Positions 17,726-27,211 are shown, counted from the first letter of the stretch. The stretch is DNA of 64,000 bases from an uncultured Pseudomonadota bacterium (GCA_963799255.1 CAWCWO010000015.1:1453-65452), one strand, 5' to 3'. The notes: generated by a model from the letters alone, not told the origin. Made by a program: numbers and translations.

Positions 17726-19204
17726 ATGCAAAAACGACTCATCAAAGCTATGGCCCGCGAGGGCCTCGACATCACAAAACAGGGTCCTGTCTATCGGGTC
17801 CGTAAATCGAATGGCCACGGGCCGGAGGCAGAGGTCTTACTGCCCGAGGGTTTTCCGGTTGAGGCGAAGGCCTTCAAGCAGCTAGCGGCTTTCGCTGGCG
17901 TCGAACACCCACAGGGCGGCGCGGTCTGCCGCGCTTGCGCAACACCGGATTTCCACCCGGGCTCGCTCGTTCCTGTCGGTGCCATCGTCGCCTCGAGCGA
18001 ACTGGTCATTCCGCAGGCAATTGGGACCGACATCAACTGCGGGATGCGGCTCCACGTTGCCGATCTGCCCCTCGATCGGTTCATGGCCGGCAAAGAGGAG
18101 CTGGTTCGGCTTCTGAAAGGTGACCTTCTGCTCGGGACACGTGATTTGCCAGCCACAGCATCGACGCTGAGGGCCGCTTACAGCACGGGGACGCTCGGGT
18201 GGCTGGAAGGGTCGCGGGCTCGGAGAATGGGCCTGATGGCGTCCTCAGATCTCGCGGAGATGGAACGGGAGACTGAGCGGGTCTACGACCTCGGCTCCTT
18301 CGAGGGGAATGCTGGATGGGCCCCCCAATTGGAAGAGCGCGACGTCATCCGAGATGGCGGCCTGGGGACGGTAGGCGGCGGGAACCATTTCGTCGAAATG
18401 CAGGTCGTCCATTCGATCGAGGACAAAGCGAAAGCATGGGAATGGGGAGTTCGAGAGGGGAAGATCGCGTTCATGGTCCACACGGGCTCGCGTCACATCG
18501 GCGTTGGTGTGGGGACGCGCTGGAACGAGATTGCCAAAGTACGTTGGCCAAAAGACACCAAATGGCCGGAGATCTTCTCCCTGCGAGGCGACGACGCAAA
18601 CGACTACATGGAAGCAATGCACACTGCAGCGAACTACGCAGCCGTAAACCGGATGCTGATCGCAGAGATGATTCGCAACCGGATGCGCCAGGTGTTCGGC
18701 GACATCGACGTGCCACTGGTGTTCGACGTGCCGCACAATCTCGTGATGCGGGAGAACGACCTTTTCGTTCACCGCAAAGGGGCGACACCTGCACACCCTG
18801 GGCAGCCGGTTCTCATCCCAGGTTCGATGGGTCACCCCTCGTACCTCATGGCGGGCTGCGGGTCTGAGCGATTCCTCAACTCGTGTTCCCACGGAGCCGG
18901 TCGAGCGGTCACCCGATTCAATATGACGCGGAAGGGGCGGCCGGACATGGACCTGGGGCTCGAAGGCGTCGAGTGCATCACGCTCCGTGAGGAGCGGCGC
19001 GAGGAGGAAGCGCCTGGCGCCTACAAGGACATCGGTCCCGTTGTGCAGGTGCAGGTGGAACAAGGTCTCGTCGCACCAGTCGCGGTGATGAAACCGCTGT
19101 TGACGTTCAAGTCGCAGCGACGGGATTCGCCCTGTGCTCAGGCCACCCCTCGCGGCCTCTCTCACTTCATTTCGCTCAATGACCCGGGTGGCAGCGAGGG
19201 GTGA
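17726..19204 (+). CDS. rtcB: RtcB family RNA 3'-phosphate ligase
   Basis: 'GGGNHFVEMQ', 'HTGSRHIGVGV', 'PGSMG', 'SCSHGAGR' motifs. ATG at 17726 ('MQKRLIKAMAREG') is preferred over the upstream start at 17642. Confidence 0.9.
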   Translation: MQKRLIKAMAREGLDITKQGPVYRVRKSNGHGPEAEVLLPEGFPVEAKAFKQLAAFAGVEHPQGGAVCRACATPDFHPGSLVPVGAIVASSELVIPQAIGTDINCGMRLHVADLPLDRFMAGKEELVRLLKGDLLLGTRDLPATASTLRAAYSTGTLGWLEGSRARRMGLMASSDLAEMERETERVYDLGSFEGNAGWAPQLEERDVIRDGGLGTVGGGNHFVEMQVVHSIEDKAKAWEWGVREGKIAFMVHTGSRHIGVGVGTRWNEIAKVRWPKDTKWPEIFSLRGDDANDYMEAMHTAANYAAVNRMLIAEMIRNRMRQVFGDIDVPLVFDVPHNLVMRENDLFVHRKGATPAHPGQPVLIPGSMGHPSYLMAGCGSERFLNSCSHGAGRAVTRFNMTRKGRPDMDLGLEGVECITLREERREEEAPGAYKDIGPVVQVQVEQGLVAPVAVMKPLLTFKSQRRDSPCAQATPRGLSHFISLNDPGGSEG

Positions 19205-19263
19205 GACCTGCGCACCTTACGCGCGTTCAGTCTGGCAGGAGCACCGATCGCCAACAATCAGCC

Positions 19264-21222
19264 TCACCAAGCCCAAAGGCGAAGCCCGATGATCCCGTGG
19301 GCTCCAAGCCACACCGTCATCCCAACCGCCGCCGTCGAAGCAAGACTCGGCACCACGCGCGACCACATCGCCGTCCGGCCCACCGCACCGGCCCGAAGCG
19401 CCGCCCACAGTCCCGCCACCGACGACAACGCGAACACCAGCGTCGCGACAAACAGCGCAACCGTAGCCGGGTCAACGATCCCCAACGCATCTCGTGCCGC
19501 CGCCGCCTGAAACAACATCGGCATCCCGACGAAACACACTCCCGCGACCGCAGGCCAAACCACCACCCCAGCCTCAATCCACCGCCGCCGCCGGACAACC
19601 GTCCACACAACCCAACCAACGCACCACAACGGAGCCAGCTGCAGCAGCAACGACGCAGCCCCGAGCACCCGAACCCGCCACAGTGCCAGCATCCGCGAGC
19701 CCTCTTCGGCGTAGGACCAGCTGGCGACCATCACCCTCTCGCCATCCGCATCCCTGCCGAACCGGATCGACGAACCCCCCTGCCCCGCGAGCTTGTACGC
19801 GCCATCCCCCGCAGGCACGATCTGCGCGCCCTGTCCCATGAGGCCATCCAAATGCAACCCGCGGGGGTTGGCCGTCGCGTTCCACCCCAGCAGCGCACGC
19901 TCGACGAAGCCGAAAAGCGAGTGGCGAGGGCTGGCAAACCGATAGAACCCGGCGTGTCGCTCGCGTTTGGGGTCCGGCTCGATCCGTGGCGGGGACGGCA
20001 GCCTGCGGTCGCGAGTGATGTAGCGGAACAGCAGGCTGCGAATTTCGCTGTACGCCCGGGGCGAGTGGGTCGCGTTGAGCAGCATGACGTAGCCCGCGGA
20101 CAGCTCCGGGAAGTAGCGGTAGCAGGACAAGAACCCGGGCAGCCCCCCGTCGTGACCGCGCCCAAGCGATGGATGCGCGACATCACCGTAGTTGCCCAGC
20201 CCGTAGCTTGCGTCGGTGGGCCGGATCGACCCCGTGCCCATGGTCTCGATGCGATCGAAGCCCGCCGCGGAGACCACCTGTGGGACGTCCTTCCCCCGGG
20301 TCAGCCAGAAGTGAACGAGCTGCCCAAGCTGCCGCGGTGTTGCGAGCAGGGCACCGGCCGCCCGGTGAGAGATCGGGCGAAACGCGACCGGTGTGCCCGG
20401 CTGAACATGTCCGGTCGCGAGCCGCTCGCGCAGCGCCGGGGTGCGGGCGAACTCGGCATCGCCCATTCCGATCGGACGCAGCACATGCTCGCGCAGCCAC
20501 GCGTCAAAGCGGGTTCCGGTTGCTCGTTCGATCGCCAATGCGGCCACCGAGTAGCCGACATTGCTGTACGCCATGCGGGAGCCGGGGCGCCAGCGCACCA
20601 ACCGAGATCGCGGATTGATCGCCAACGCTTGCGCGGGCGTGATCGCTTCGTTCTGCGTGAAGTACTCGTTGAAGTGCATGTCGTCGAAGCCGGCGGTGTG
20701 CTCCAAGGCATGCGCCAGGGTGACGGGGGCCTGCTGCGACCACTCGTTGTCCAGGGGGAGCTCTGGCAAGGCTTCGCGCAGGGGCTGGTCCAGGTCGAGG
20801 GCCCCCTGCTCGTGCAGCCGCATCGCCCCGAGTCCCACGATGCTCTTGGTGATCGATGCGACCCGGAACACGGTGTGCTCATCCACCGCCCGGCCCGAGA
20901 CAAGGTCCGCAACCCCTACGCCACCCGCCCACGTCACCCCGTCCGCGTCGACGATCGCCAGTCCCACCCCCGGCACGCCTTCACGCCGCAGGACCGCTGC
21001 GATCTGGGTCTTGAGCTCCTCGATCGTGTCCGGGGTGTGCAGCGCCGCCGCGGGCGAGGCAAGGAGTGCCGGAGGCGGACCCTCGGCCAACACCTTTGGG
21101 GCATCCACGCTCGGAGCGGAGGTCAACGGCAGCCACGCGAGCACGCTGGCGAGAAGAAACACCACGAGCAGAAGCGTCCGTCTCGGTCGAGCCATCACAT
21201 CGCGAGCTTCGCATGCGGGCAT
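19264..21222 (-). CDS. Serine hydrolase, beta-lactamase (class C-like)/PBP family, with C-terminal transmembrane segments
   Basis: N-terminal signal-like segment, 'ASITKS' (SxxK), 'AYSNVGY' (YxN), and a hydrophobic C-terminal ~150 aa. Confidence 0.85.
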   Translation of the reverse strand: MPACEARDVMARPRRTLLLVVFLLASVLAWLPLTSAPSVDAPKVLAEGPPPALLASPAAALHTPDTIEELKTQIAAVLRREGVPGVGLAIVDADGVTWAGGVGVADLVSGRAVDEHTVFRVASITKSIVGLGAMRLHEQGALDLDQPLREALPELPLDNEWSQQAPVTLAHALEHTAGFDDMHFNEYFTQNEAITPAQALAINPRSRLVRWRPGSRMAYSNVGYSVAALAIERATGTRFDAWLREHVLRPIGMGDAEFARTPALRERLATGHVQPGTPVAFRPISHRAAGALLATPRQLGQLVHFWLTRGKDVPQVVSAAGFDRIETMGTGSIRPTDASYGLGNYGDVAHPSLGRGHDGGLPGFLSCYRYFPELSAGYVMLLNATHSPRAYSEIRSLLFRYITRDRRLPSPPRIEPDPKRERHAGFYRFASPRHSLFGFVERALLGWNATANPRGLHLDGLMGQGAQIVPAGDGAYKLAGQGGSSIRFGRDADGERVMVASWSYAEEGSRMLALWRVRVLGAASLLLQLAPLWCVGWVVWTVVRRRRWIEAGVVVWPAVAGVCFVGMPMLFQAAAARDALGIVDPATVALFVATLVFALSSVAGLWAALRAGAVGRTAMWSRVVPSLASTAAVGMTVWLGAHGIIGLRLWAW

Positions 21223-21586
21223 GAGTCACGCGCGAGAGACCCTATCCAGCGTTGCTGTCCTCCGGCGCCGCTGCGCAACCGATGGGCGCGCTCGGTCTGC
21301 GCCCGAAGCCTCTGCATCACCCCCTTCGCAAACCGCTGGCACAACCTCCCGAGCAGCCGCCGGTCGAAGCCCAGCCGCGCATCGCCATCGAGCCCTCGAA
21401 GCTGAGCACCCACTGCCTCCAGCGCACCTCGGGGAAGCCGGGCCAAACGAGTCTCGGCTCAACGTCGACGGCCCCGATGGAGGAGCCGAACTCGGCGACG
21501 CTGGGAGTACACGCCACGGTCCCTCACTCCGCGATGCCCCGATATTTTTGGTGGTAATCAAAGGTTAGCTTTGTTATTTATTACGC

Positions 21587-22489
21587 ATGCTCGGGGTCGG
21601 AATGCGTCGGTGGGGGGTCCTGGCGGGCCTTTGGGTGGGACTGGTCGGCTGCGATCCTCGGGTCGGGGACGACGGGCCGGAGGCGGAGGAGCCTGACATC
21701 CACGAACCCGACGACTTCGACCCCAGCGGCAGCTACCCAACCCAGCCCGAGCCCGAAGAGCCAGAGACCGATCCAGATCCCGAACCCGGTGCGCTCAGCA
21801 CGGGCTTCATCACCGACCCCGACGGCGGAATCGAGACCTACGAGTGTGACCTGTATGAACAGGACTGCGAGCCCGGCGAGAAATGCAACGTCTGGGCGAA
21901 CGACGGGGGCAGCTCTTGGAACGCGACGAAATGCGTTGGCGTCGATCCGGACCCCGACCTCGCCGGTGAGCAATGCCAGGTCGAAGGAAGCGGAGTGTCG
22001 GGGATCGACACCTGCGAGGCAGGGGCGTTCTGCTGGGACACCGACGATGCGGGCAACGGGATGTGCGTCCCCTACTGCCAGGGCTCGGAGAGCGAGCCAA
22101 CGTGTGACAACCCGTCGGAAGCCCCTGCGGCAGGGAAAGAGTTCTGCATCTGCCTTCCGATGTGCGACCCGCTGCTCAACGACTGCCCAGTCGGATGCGG
22201 TTGCTATTCGACGGAGGATCGCTTCCAGTGCGTGCCGGATGCGTCCGGCCCCGACCTCGGACTCTTCGGTGACCCCTGCGAGTTCACCAACGACTGCGAC
22301 CCAGGGCTGAGCTGCACGTCGGCAGAGTACGTCGAGTGCGACAGCGGAAGCTGCTGCACATACTTCTGCTCCACCGAGCATCAGGACACCTGTCCCGGCG
22401 AGCATGTCTGCCGTTCGGTCTATGAAGACGGGCAGGCCCCCCCGGGGTACGCGGACGTCGGGTTGTGTACCCTGTCCGACGCGGAGTGA
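21587..22489 (+). CDS. Cys-rich acidic lipoprotein, function unknown
   Basis: Lipobox 'GLWVGLVGC' and more than 30 Cys in an Asp/Glu-rich mature region. Confidence 0.6.
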   Translation: MLGVGMRRWGVLAGLWVGLVGCDPRVGDDGPEAEEPDIHEPDDFDPSGSYPTQPEPEEPETDPDPEPGALSTGFITDPDGGIETYECDLYEQDCEPGEKCNVWANDGGSSWNATKCVGVDPDPDLAGEQCQVEGSGVSGIDTCEAGAFCWDTDDAGNGMCVPYCQGSESEPTCDNPSEAPAAGKEFCICLPMCDPLLNDCPVGCGCYSTEDRFQCVPDASGPDLGLFGDPCEFTNDCDPGLSCTSAEYVECDSGSCCTYFCSTEHQDTCPGEHVCRSVYEDGQAPPGYADVGLCTLSDAE

Positions 22490-22545
22490 TCCGATTGACC
22501 ACCGGCTCTGCGGTCGGTGGGGGCGGACTCGTGGAGGAGCGGGAC

Positions 22546-24072
22546 CTATTGCTGGAAGCAGTAGATCGGGCTCAGCCAGCTGCACACCCCTCCGGAGCAC
22601 CAGGTGGTCCAGGCCGCGTCGACGCTGTCGGCCCGGCCCCAGCGCCCTGAGCCGCCCTCATCGGTCCACCCTCCGCAGGCTGCGAAGGTTTGACCGACGC
22701 CATCGGGGTTGGTCGCCGACCACACCGTCGGGAAGCCCCCACCGGCGCACGAGGTGTTTCCCACCGGCGGCGGCGTGCCGTTTTCCGTCAGGTTGATGGC
22801 GACCGCGAGATCGGTGCCGTCGGTCAGGTCCGCGTAGCTGGCGGCGACCTGCGTGCCGTTGACGAGCTCGTACGCCCCGCCCTCCTGCGTGAACCGAGTG
22901 CTCGGAGACTCCGTCGGCGTGGAGAGCCACGCCAGGTAGGTCCCGGGCAACCCGGCAGCCACGGCCAACGACTGACAGTTTGCGTCCGCTCCCGCTAATC
23001 CTCCCATGTCTCCGGTGTACATCTCGCTGGAGACGAAGACCGTCCTCGCACTGAATGTGCACGCGTTGCTGCACGAGTCGTCGTCCACGTCGTTTCCGTC
23101 GTCGCACGCCTCCCCCGCGGTGACGTTGAGGACGCCGTCGCCACACTCCGACGTGGAACAGTCCACGTTGCAGACGTCAGACTCGCCGCTGTCGTCACAG
23201 GTCTCGCCGGCCGTAGCGTTCGTCACCCCATCGCCACACGCGGCCGCCGTGCAGTCGGCGTCGCAGCTCAATGATTCGCCGGCGTCATCGCAGGCTTCCC
23301 CGGCCGTGGCGTTCGTGATGCCGTCGCCGCACTCGGACGCGGAGCAGTCGAGGTTGCATGTCTCCGATTCCCCGCCGTCGTCGCAGGTCTCGCCTGCGGT
23401 CGCGTTCACGACCGCGTCTCCACAGGTGGCGTTCGTACAGTCGGCGTTGCATGACTCCGACCGTCCCGCGCCGTCACACTCTTCGCCCGCGCTCGCGTTC
23501 ATCACGCCGTCGCCACACTCTGCGACCGTGCAGTCGACGTTGCACGACTCAGACTCGGCTCCGTCGTCGCACGTCTCGGACGCGGCAGCGTTGACGATCC
23601 CGTCGCCACACGCCGCGGCGGTGCAGTCGGCGTTGCACGACTCGGACTCGCCGCCCTCGTCGCAGGCCTCGCCGGCGCTCTCGTTCCACACGCCGTCACC
23701 ACAAGCGGACGTCGTGCAGTCGGCGTTGCAGGCGACCGACTCGCCCGCATCGTCACAGTCTTCTCCGTCGTCGACCGTGCCGTCGCCGCACGCCGCGAGC
23801 GGCCCACCGCTCGACGAACCAACGCTCGACGAGTCACCGCTCGACGAACCCGCGCTCGACGAACCAACGCTGGTGCTCGTTCCGGCTGAAGTCTGCTCGG
23901 TCGTCGTGGTCTCGGGATCTCCGCCGACGGATCCGACATTCGTCGGCGGACCGGACGTGCTCCCGTCCGAGCTAGAACCGTCACTTCCAGACGCAACGTC
24001 GTCGGTGCACCCCAGCAGGGGAAATGTCGAGGAGAGCAAGATCGCAAGCAGGGGTGTTTGGCTCTTCAGCAC
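22546..24072 (-). CDS. Lipoprotein with 8 myxococcus cysteine-rich repeats and a C-terminal DUF1554/endostatin-like domain
   Basis: Lipobox 'FPLLGC' and a Ser/Gly linker. Eight 'CGDGxxNxxAGExCDDxGESxxCNxDCTxxx' units. C-terminal 'VFVSSEMYTGDMGGLAGADANCQ...AWLS...YCFQQ'. Confidence 0.8.
   Translation of the reverse strand: MLKSQTPLLAILLSSTFPLLGCTDDVASGSDGSSSDGSTSGPPTNVGSVGGDPETTTTEQTSAGTSTSVGSSSAGSSSGDSSSVGSSSGGPLAACGDGTVDDGEDCDDAGESVACNADCTTSACGDGVWNESAGEACDEGGESESCNADCTAAACGDGIVNAAASETCDDGAESESCNVDCTVAECGDGVMNASAGEECDGAGRSESCNADCTNATCGDAVVNATAGETCDDGGESETCNLDCSASECGDGITNATAGEACDDAGESLSCDADCTAAACGDGVTNATAGETCDDSGESDVCNVDCSTSECGDGVLNVTAGEACDDGNDVDDDSCSNACTFSARTVFVSSEMYTGDMGGLAGADANCQSLAVAAGLPGTYLAWLSTPTESPSTRFTQEGGAYELVNGTQVAASYADLTDGTDLAVAINLTENGTPPPVGNTSCAGGGFPTVWSATNPDGVGQTFAACGGWTDEGGSGRWGRADSVDAAWTTWCSGGVCSWLSPIYCFQQ
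23053..23790 (-). repeat. Coding tandem array: 8 x ~93-bp (29-31 aa) cysteine-rich repeats
   Basis: Coordinates were calculated from protein residues 95-340 of ORF 22546-24072. Confidence 0.8.
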
Positions 24073-24479
24073 CGGAGCACGGTTTCATACCCGTTCAACG
24101 TGTGTCCATCGGATTGAGCGATCCTCGTCGCTTCTCAGCGCCAGTACGTTCGAGTTCGCTCGCCTCGCGCAAGGTTGCGCCGAAGGTGTCTCGCAACGAG
24201 TCATCTCTTTCGTGCTGACGGCCGCGTGCAGCTGCATGCCGAAGCCGCGGACGAGCATCGGCGAAGCCGGCGGATGCTCGCACGTCGAGGGTCCGACAGC
24301 ACGCTGCGGCAGGCCGAGCTGGGCGCTGGCCACGAGGGCCTCGTCGGCAGGTTCGTCATCGCTGGCGTCCTCGAGGCGCTCGGCCAAGTCTGCGTGCAGC
24401 CGCTGCAGCGTCCGCAACAGCTCCTGCTCGCAGAGGTTGCAGCCTAGACTGCATCGGCCACACCGCTGTAGCCGTTCGC

Positions 24480-24818
24480 TCAGAATATGTTTGCGAGACA
24501 CGAGAGCACCGCGCCCAGGTGCAGCCACTGCAGCCACGCCACCAGCCCGATCAGCGCCAAGTGCCCGACAAGCCAGCGCGGGCGTCCTAAGGCGATCGTC
24601 ACCCCCGCGTGAAACAAGATCGTCAACGCGGACGCTGCCAATAGCCACCCCTCGCTGGCGCGCACGAGGTAGCGGAAGCTGTCGCCGCAGCGATTCCACG
24701 CAAAGACGCCGAACTCGAATCGCATCAACTCGGCCACGAGCAGGAGCAACATGATGGCTACGGGCGCCGCGAGGGCTACCCGCGCTGCTCGGCTGTCGAA
24801 GCGTTCTACGTTTAGCAA
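24480..24818 (-). CDS. Small integral membrane protein (about 3 TM segments), unknown function
   Basis: 112 aa with hydrophobic stretches 'VALAAPVAIMLLLLVA', 'WLLAASALTILFHAGV', 'LALIGLVAWLQWL'. Confidence 0.4.
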   Translation of the reverse strand: MLNVERFDSRAARVALAAPVAIMLLLLVAELMRFEFGVFAWNRCGDSFRYLVRASEGWLLAASALTILFHAGVTIALGRPRWLVGHLALIGLVAWLQWLHLGAVLSCLANIF

Positions 24819-25070
24819 CAGCCGCAGCTTACGGCATCCACGCCGATGACGCGCGCGAGCGGCCGCAGAGCTGGGGAGACCGAGTCCAACTCGCGGGCAC
24901 GCTGGACGGATCCATGTCGTCGTCCTCGTACCCCCAGATCGCCGCCGGCTTGCGACTGTTCGGCACGGGCTCGCGGGTTCCGTGGTGTTCTGGTCCTCGG
25001 CGGGTCCCGTGGACCGATCGCCGAGACCAGCTTGTCACCACTTCTGCCCTCCCGCACGCTCCCCTTTGAG

Positions 25071-25679
25071 ATGGAGTACGACGGATGGGCGGAGCGCTAC
25101 GACGAGGATACGCAGCGCTTTGGGTGGCGAGCGCCCGAGGTCGTGCTCGAAGCGGCGGCTGCCGTGGGCGCGAAGACGGATGACGTGCTCGACCTGGGTG
25201 TGGGCACCGGACGCTGCAGCTTGTCGCTCGCGCGAGCGGGTGCCCGGGTGATTGGCGTCGATGCGTCGGACGAGATGCTGGCGCAGGCGACGACGTCTGC
25301 TGCATACGCTGCGCTGCATCGCCTCGAGCTTGGGGCCGCTCCGCTTCGCTCGCTGCTTGGCGAAGCGCGCTTCGATCTTGCGGTGTCGTGCGGAGTCCTG
25401 CACTTCATCGCGTCGCTGGCCGAGCTGTGCGCGGAAGTCTTCGAGCTGCTCCGGCCGGGGGGATGGTTCGTGTTCACCTCGATCCCGCCGCAGACGCGGA
25501 GCTTCTCCGCCTCCACGCACGTGCGCGCCCCGGACGAAGTCCAAGCGCTCCTGCTGCGCGCCGGTTTTTCGGTCGAGGTGCCCGAGCGGTTCATCGCGTA
25601 CTACGCCCAGGGCGATCGCAGTGAGCCGGTGTTCTATGAGATCTGGCGTGCACGTCGCGCGACGCAGGCGCGGACCTGA
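25071..25679 (+). CDS. Class I SAM-dependent methyltransferase
   Basis: Motif I 'VLDLGVGTGRCSL', then 'VIGVDASDEMLAQA'. ATG at 25071 ('MEYDGWAERYDED') is preferred over the ORF-track start at 24846. Confidence 0.8.
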   Translation: MEYDGWAERYDEDTQRFGWRAPEVVLEAAAAVGAKTDDVLDLGVGTGRCSLSLARAGARVIGVDASDEMLAQATTSAAYAALHRLELGAAPLRSLLGEARFDLAVSCGVLHFIASLAELCAEVFELLRPGGWFVFTSIPPQTRSFSASTHVRAPDEVQALLLRAGFSVEVPERFIAYYAQGDRSEPVFYEIWRARRATQART

Positions 25680-25775
25680 TCGCGGTGGACCCCGCCGCCA
25701 TCTCGGCCGTGACCGACGGGCCGTGATGAGATCGTTGAGAGTTCTCTGCGACGGTGTTCTCGCCTATGGTCGCGC

Positions 25776-26801
25776 ATGCGCTGCGCGACCCACTGTGTGC
25801 TGCTGCTCGCTCTGGCTGCGGGCTGCGCGACGAAGCCCTCGGCAGGGACGAAGCAACCGGTCTGCAACGAGACGGCCCAGCCTGCGGCAGCGTCGGCGGA
25901 TCCACCGGTCGCTTCGAGCGAGCAAGGCAGCGACGCGGGTTCCTCGGAGCACGATCTCGATGCCGACGGATCTGCGGTGCCCGGGGCAAAGCCGAAGAGT
26001 GCGGAGCGAGGCGTCGTGGTCGAGGGGGATGCGTCTTCGCAGTCGGAGTCACTCTCTGCGACCGAGGCCGAGCGGCTCCGTGCACACTGCGTGGAGGGAG
26101 CGCCGGCCGTGCTCGCGAACTTCGGAAAGACGCAGCTGGTGGTTCGCGAGGGCTACTCGCTGCGGCACTCGGAGGCCTTGAAGATCCCGCTTTGGGTCTG
26201 CGAGGAGGTTACGCATTGGGACACGGAGGGGTCGGCGACGCGAAAGGTGTCCAAGTTCGCCGCAGATCCAAAGCTGCACCCCGAGGCGCGGGCGGAGCTC
26301 AAGGACTACAAGAACAGTGGGTACGATCGCGGACACAATGCGCCGGCGGCCGACTTCAAGTTTTCGCAGCCGGAGACCAACGATTCATTCTTCCTCTCCA
26401 ACATGACGCCCCAGGTTGGGGTCGGCTTCAACCGCGCGATCTGGGCCGACCTCGAGGAACAGGTGCGACGATACGCTCGCGGTTGGGGCCAGGTCTGGGT
26501 GATCACAGGCAGCTATATCCACGGACACGGGGAGTACCAAGTGATCGGGCCGGACCAGGTGGCCATCCCGACGCACTTCTACAAGGTGGTGGTGCGGCGT
26601 GAGGACAAGGGCTACCGAATCGCGACCTTCGTGATGGAGAACCGCCCCCACACGAAACAGGAGCGGGCGGCCTCGTGGAGCGACTACTTGGTGACGCTCG
26701 ACGAGCTGGAGGCGGCCACGAAGATCGATTTCCTCCCTGAGCTGAGCGCGGCGGAGGCGGAGCGGTTCGAGACGACAAAAGCAGATCTTACGCGGTGGTG
26801 A
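25776..26801 (+). CDS. Secreted (lipoprotein) DNA/RNA non-specific endonuclease, Serratia NucA/EndoG family
   Basis: Lipobox 'LLALAAGC'. Active-site 'SGYDRGHNAPAADF' (DRGH) and 'NMTPQ...FNRAIWADLE'. Confidence 0.85.
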   Translation: MRCATHCVLLLALAAGCATKPSAGTKQPVCNETAQPAAASADPPVASSEQGSDAGSSEHDLDADGSAVPGAKPKSAERGVVVEGDASSQSESLSATEAERLRAHCVEGAPAVLANFGKTQLVVREGYSLRHSEALKIPLWVCEEVTHWDTEGSATRKVSKFAADPKLHPEARAELKDYKNSGYDRGHNAPAADFKFSQPETNDSFFLSNMTPQVGVGFNRAIWADLEEQVRRYARGWGQVWVITGSYIHGHGEYQVIGPDQVAIPTHFYKVVVRREDKGYRIATFVMENRPHTKQERAASWSDYLVTLDELEAATKIDFLPELSAAEAERFETTKADLTRW

Positions 26802-26814
26802 GCGGCGGATTTCG

Positions 26815-27204
26815 ATGCGGTGCAAGCGTCGTCGACGACCCCATCGAAGTGCGCGAGGCTGCGGCAGCGAAGGGCCGACCCGCCTCTTGAACGTGACCCA
26901 GTTCGACAGCACGCAGATGTCGGTGGCGGCGGTGACGAGCATGAGCGTGCGCGTGGACCGGCACAATCGGCTGATCGCCGCGCTGCAGTCGCTAACGCTC
27001 GACGAGCAGATCGCGATCGAGCAGCACCTGCTGGAGGGCCAGACGCTCGAAGACACGGCGGTGGTGTTGGGGGTGTCCCGGGCGACGGTGGTGCGACGAG
27101 TGGGGAAAGGACGCCAACGCCTGGCGCAAGCGCTGGCGGGTGGAAACGCGGATGTGGGCGACGCGGTGCTGCAGGAGCTTCGCGCGGCGTATCACTCGGC
27201 CTAA
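26815..27204 (+). CDS. Sigma-70 region-4-like HTH protein (ECF sigma C-terminal fragment or stand-alone HTH)
   Basis: 'LTLDEQIAIEQHLLEGQTLEDTAVVLGVSRATVVRRVGKGRQRLAQAL'. There is no room for region 2 upstream, because the nuclease gene ends at 26801. Confidence 0.4.
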   Translation: MRCKRRRRPHRSARGCGSEGPTRLLNVTQFDSTQMSVAAVTSMSVRVDRHNRLIAALQSLTLDEQIAIEQHLLEGQTLEDTAVVLGVSRATVVRRVGKGRQRLAQALAGGNADVGDAVLQELRAAYHSA

Positions 27205-27211
27205 AAAAAGT

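Noticed and set aside
19201-21405. 734-aa plus-strand ORF covering the whole serine-hydrolase gene. The same applies to other long 'shadow' ORFs: 12575-13687(-), 14694-15713(-), 27383-28756(+), 28856-30115(-), 34175-35908(-), 45573-47054(-), 51820-53538(-), 52197-54593(-), 55782-56906(-), 5225-5977(-), 6038-6973(-), 6948-8126(-), 40640-41686(+).
   Set aside because: All are antisense to ORFs with clear family motifs. Their translations are Arg/Pro/Gly/Ala-rich low-complexity strings with no motifs. Long stop-free antisense frames are expected in very G+C-rich DNA.
24085-24699. 204-aa minus-strand ORF with a 'CGRCSLGCNLC' cluster, considered as a zinc-finger anti-sigma-like protein.
   Set aside because: It overlaps the better-supported membrane-protein ORF 24480-24818 and is otherwise Arg/Ala-rich. 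No plausible start gives a coherent domain. The region 24073-24479 is left unannotated.
26826-26837. Perfect 12-nt palindrome 'gtcgtcgacgac' after the nuclease gene, and several 5-6-bp-stem hairpins (14198-15215 region, 22499-22520, 38084-38150), considered as terminators or operators.
   Set aside because: Stems this short are expected by chance in G+C-rich DNA. None has a U-tract or other supporting feature.
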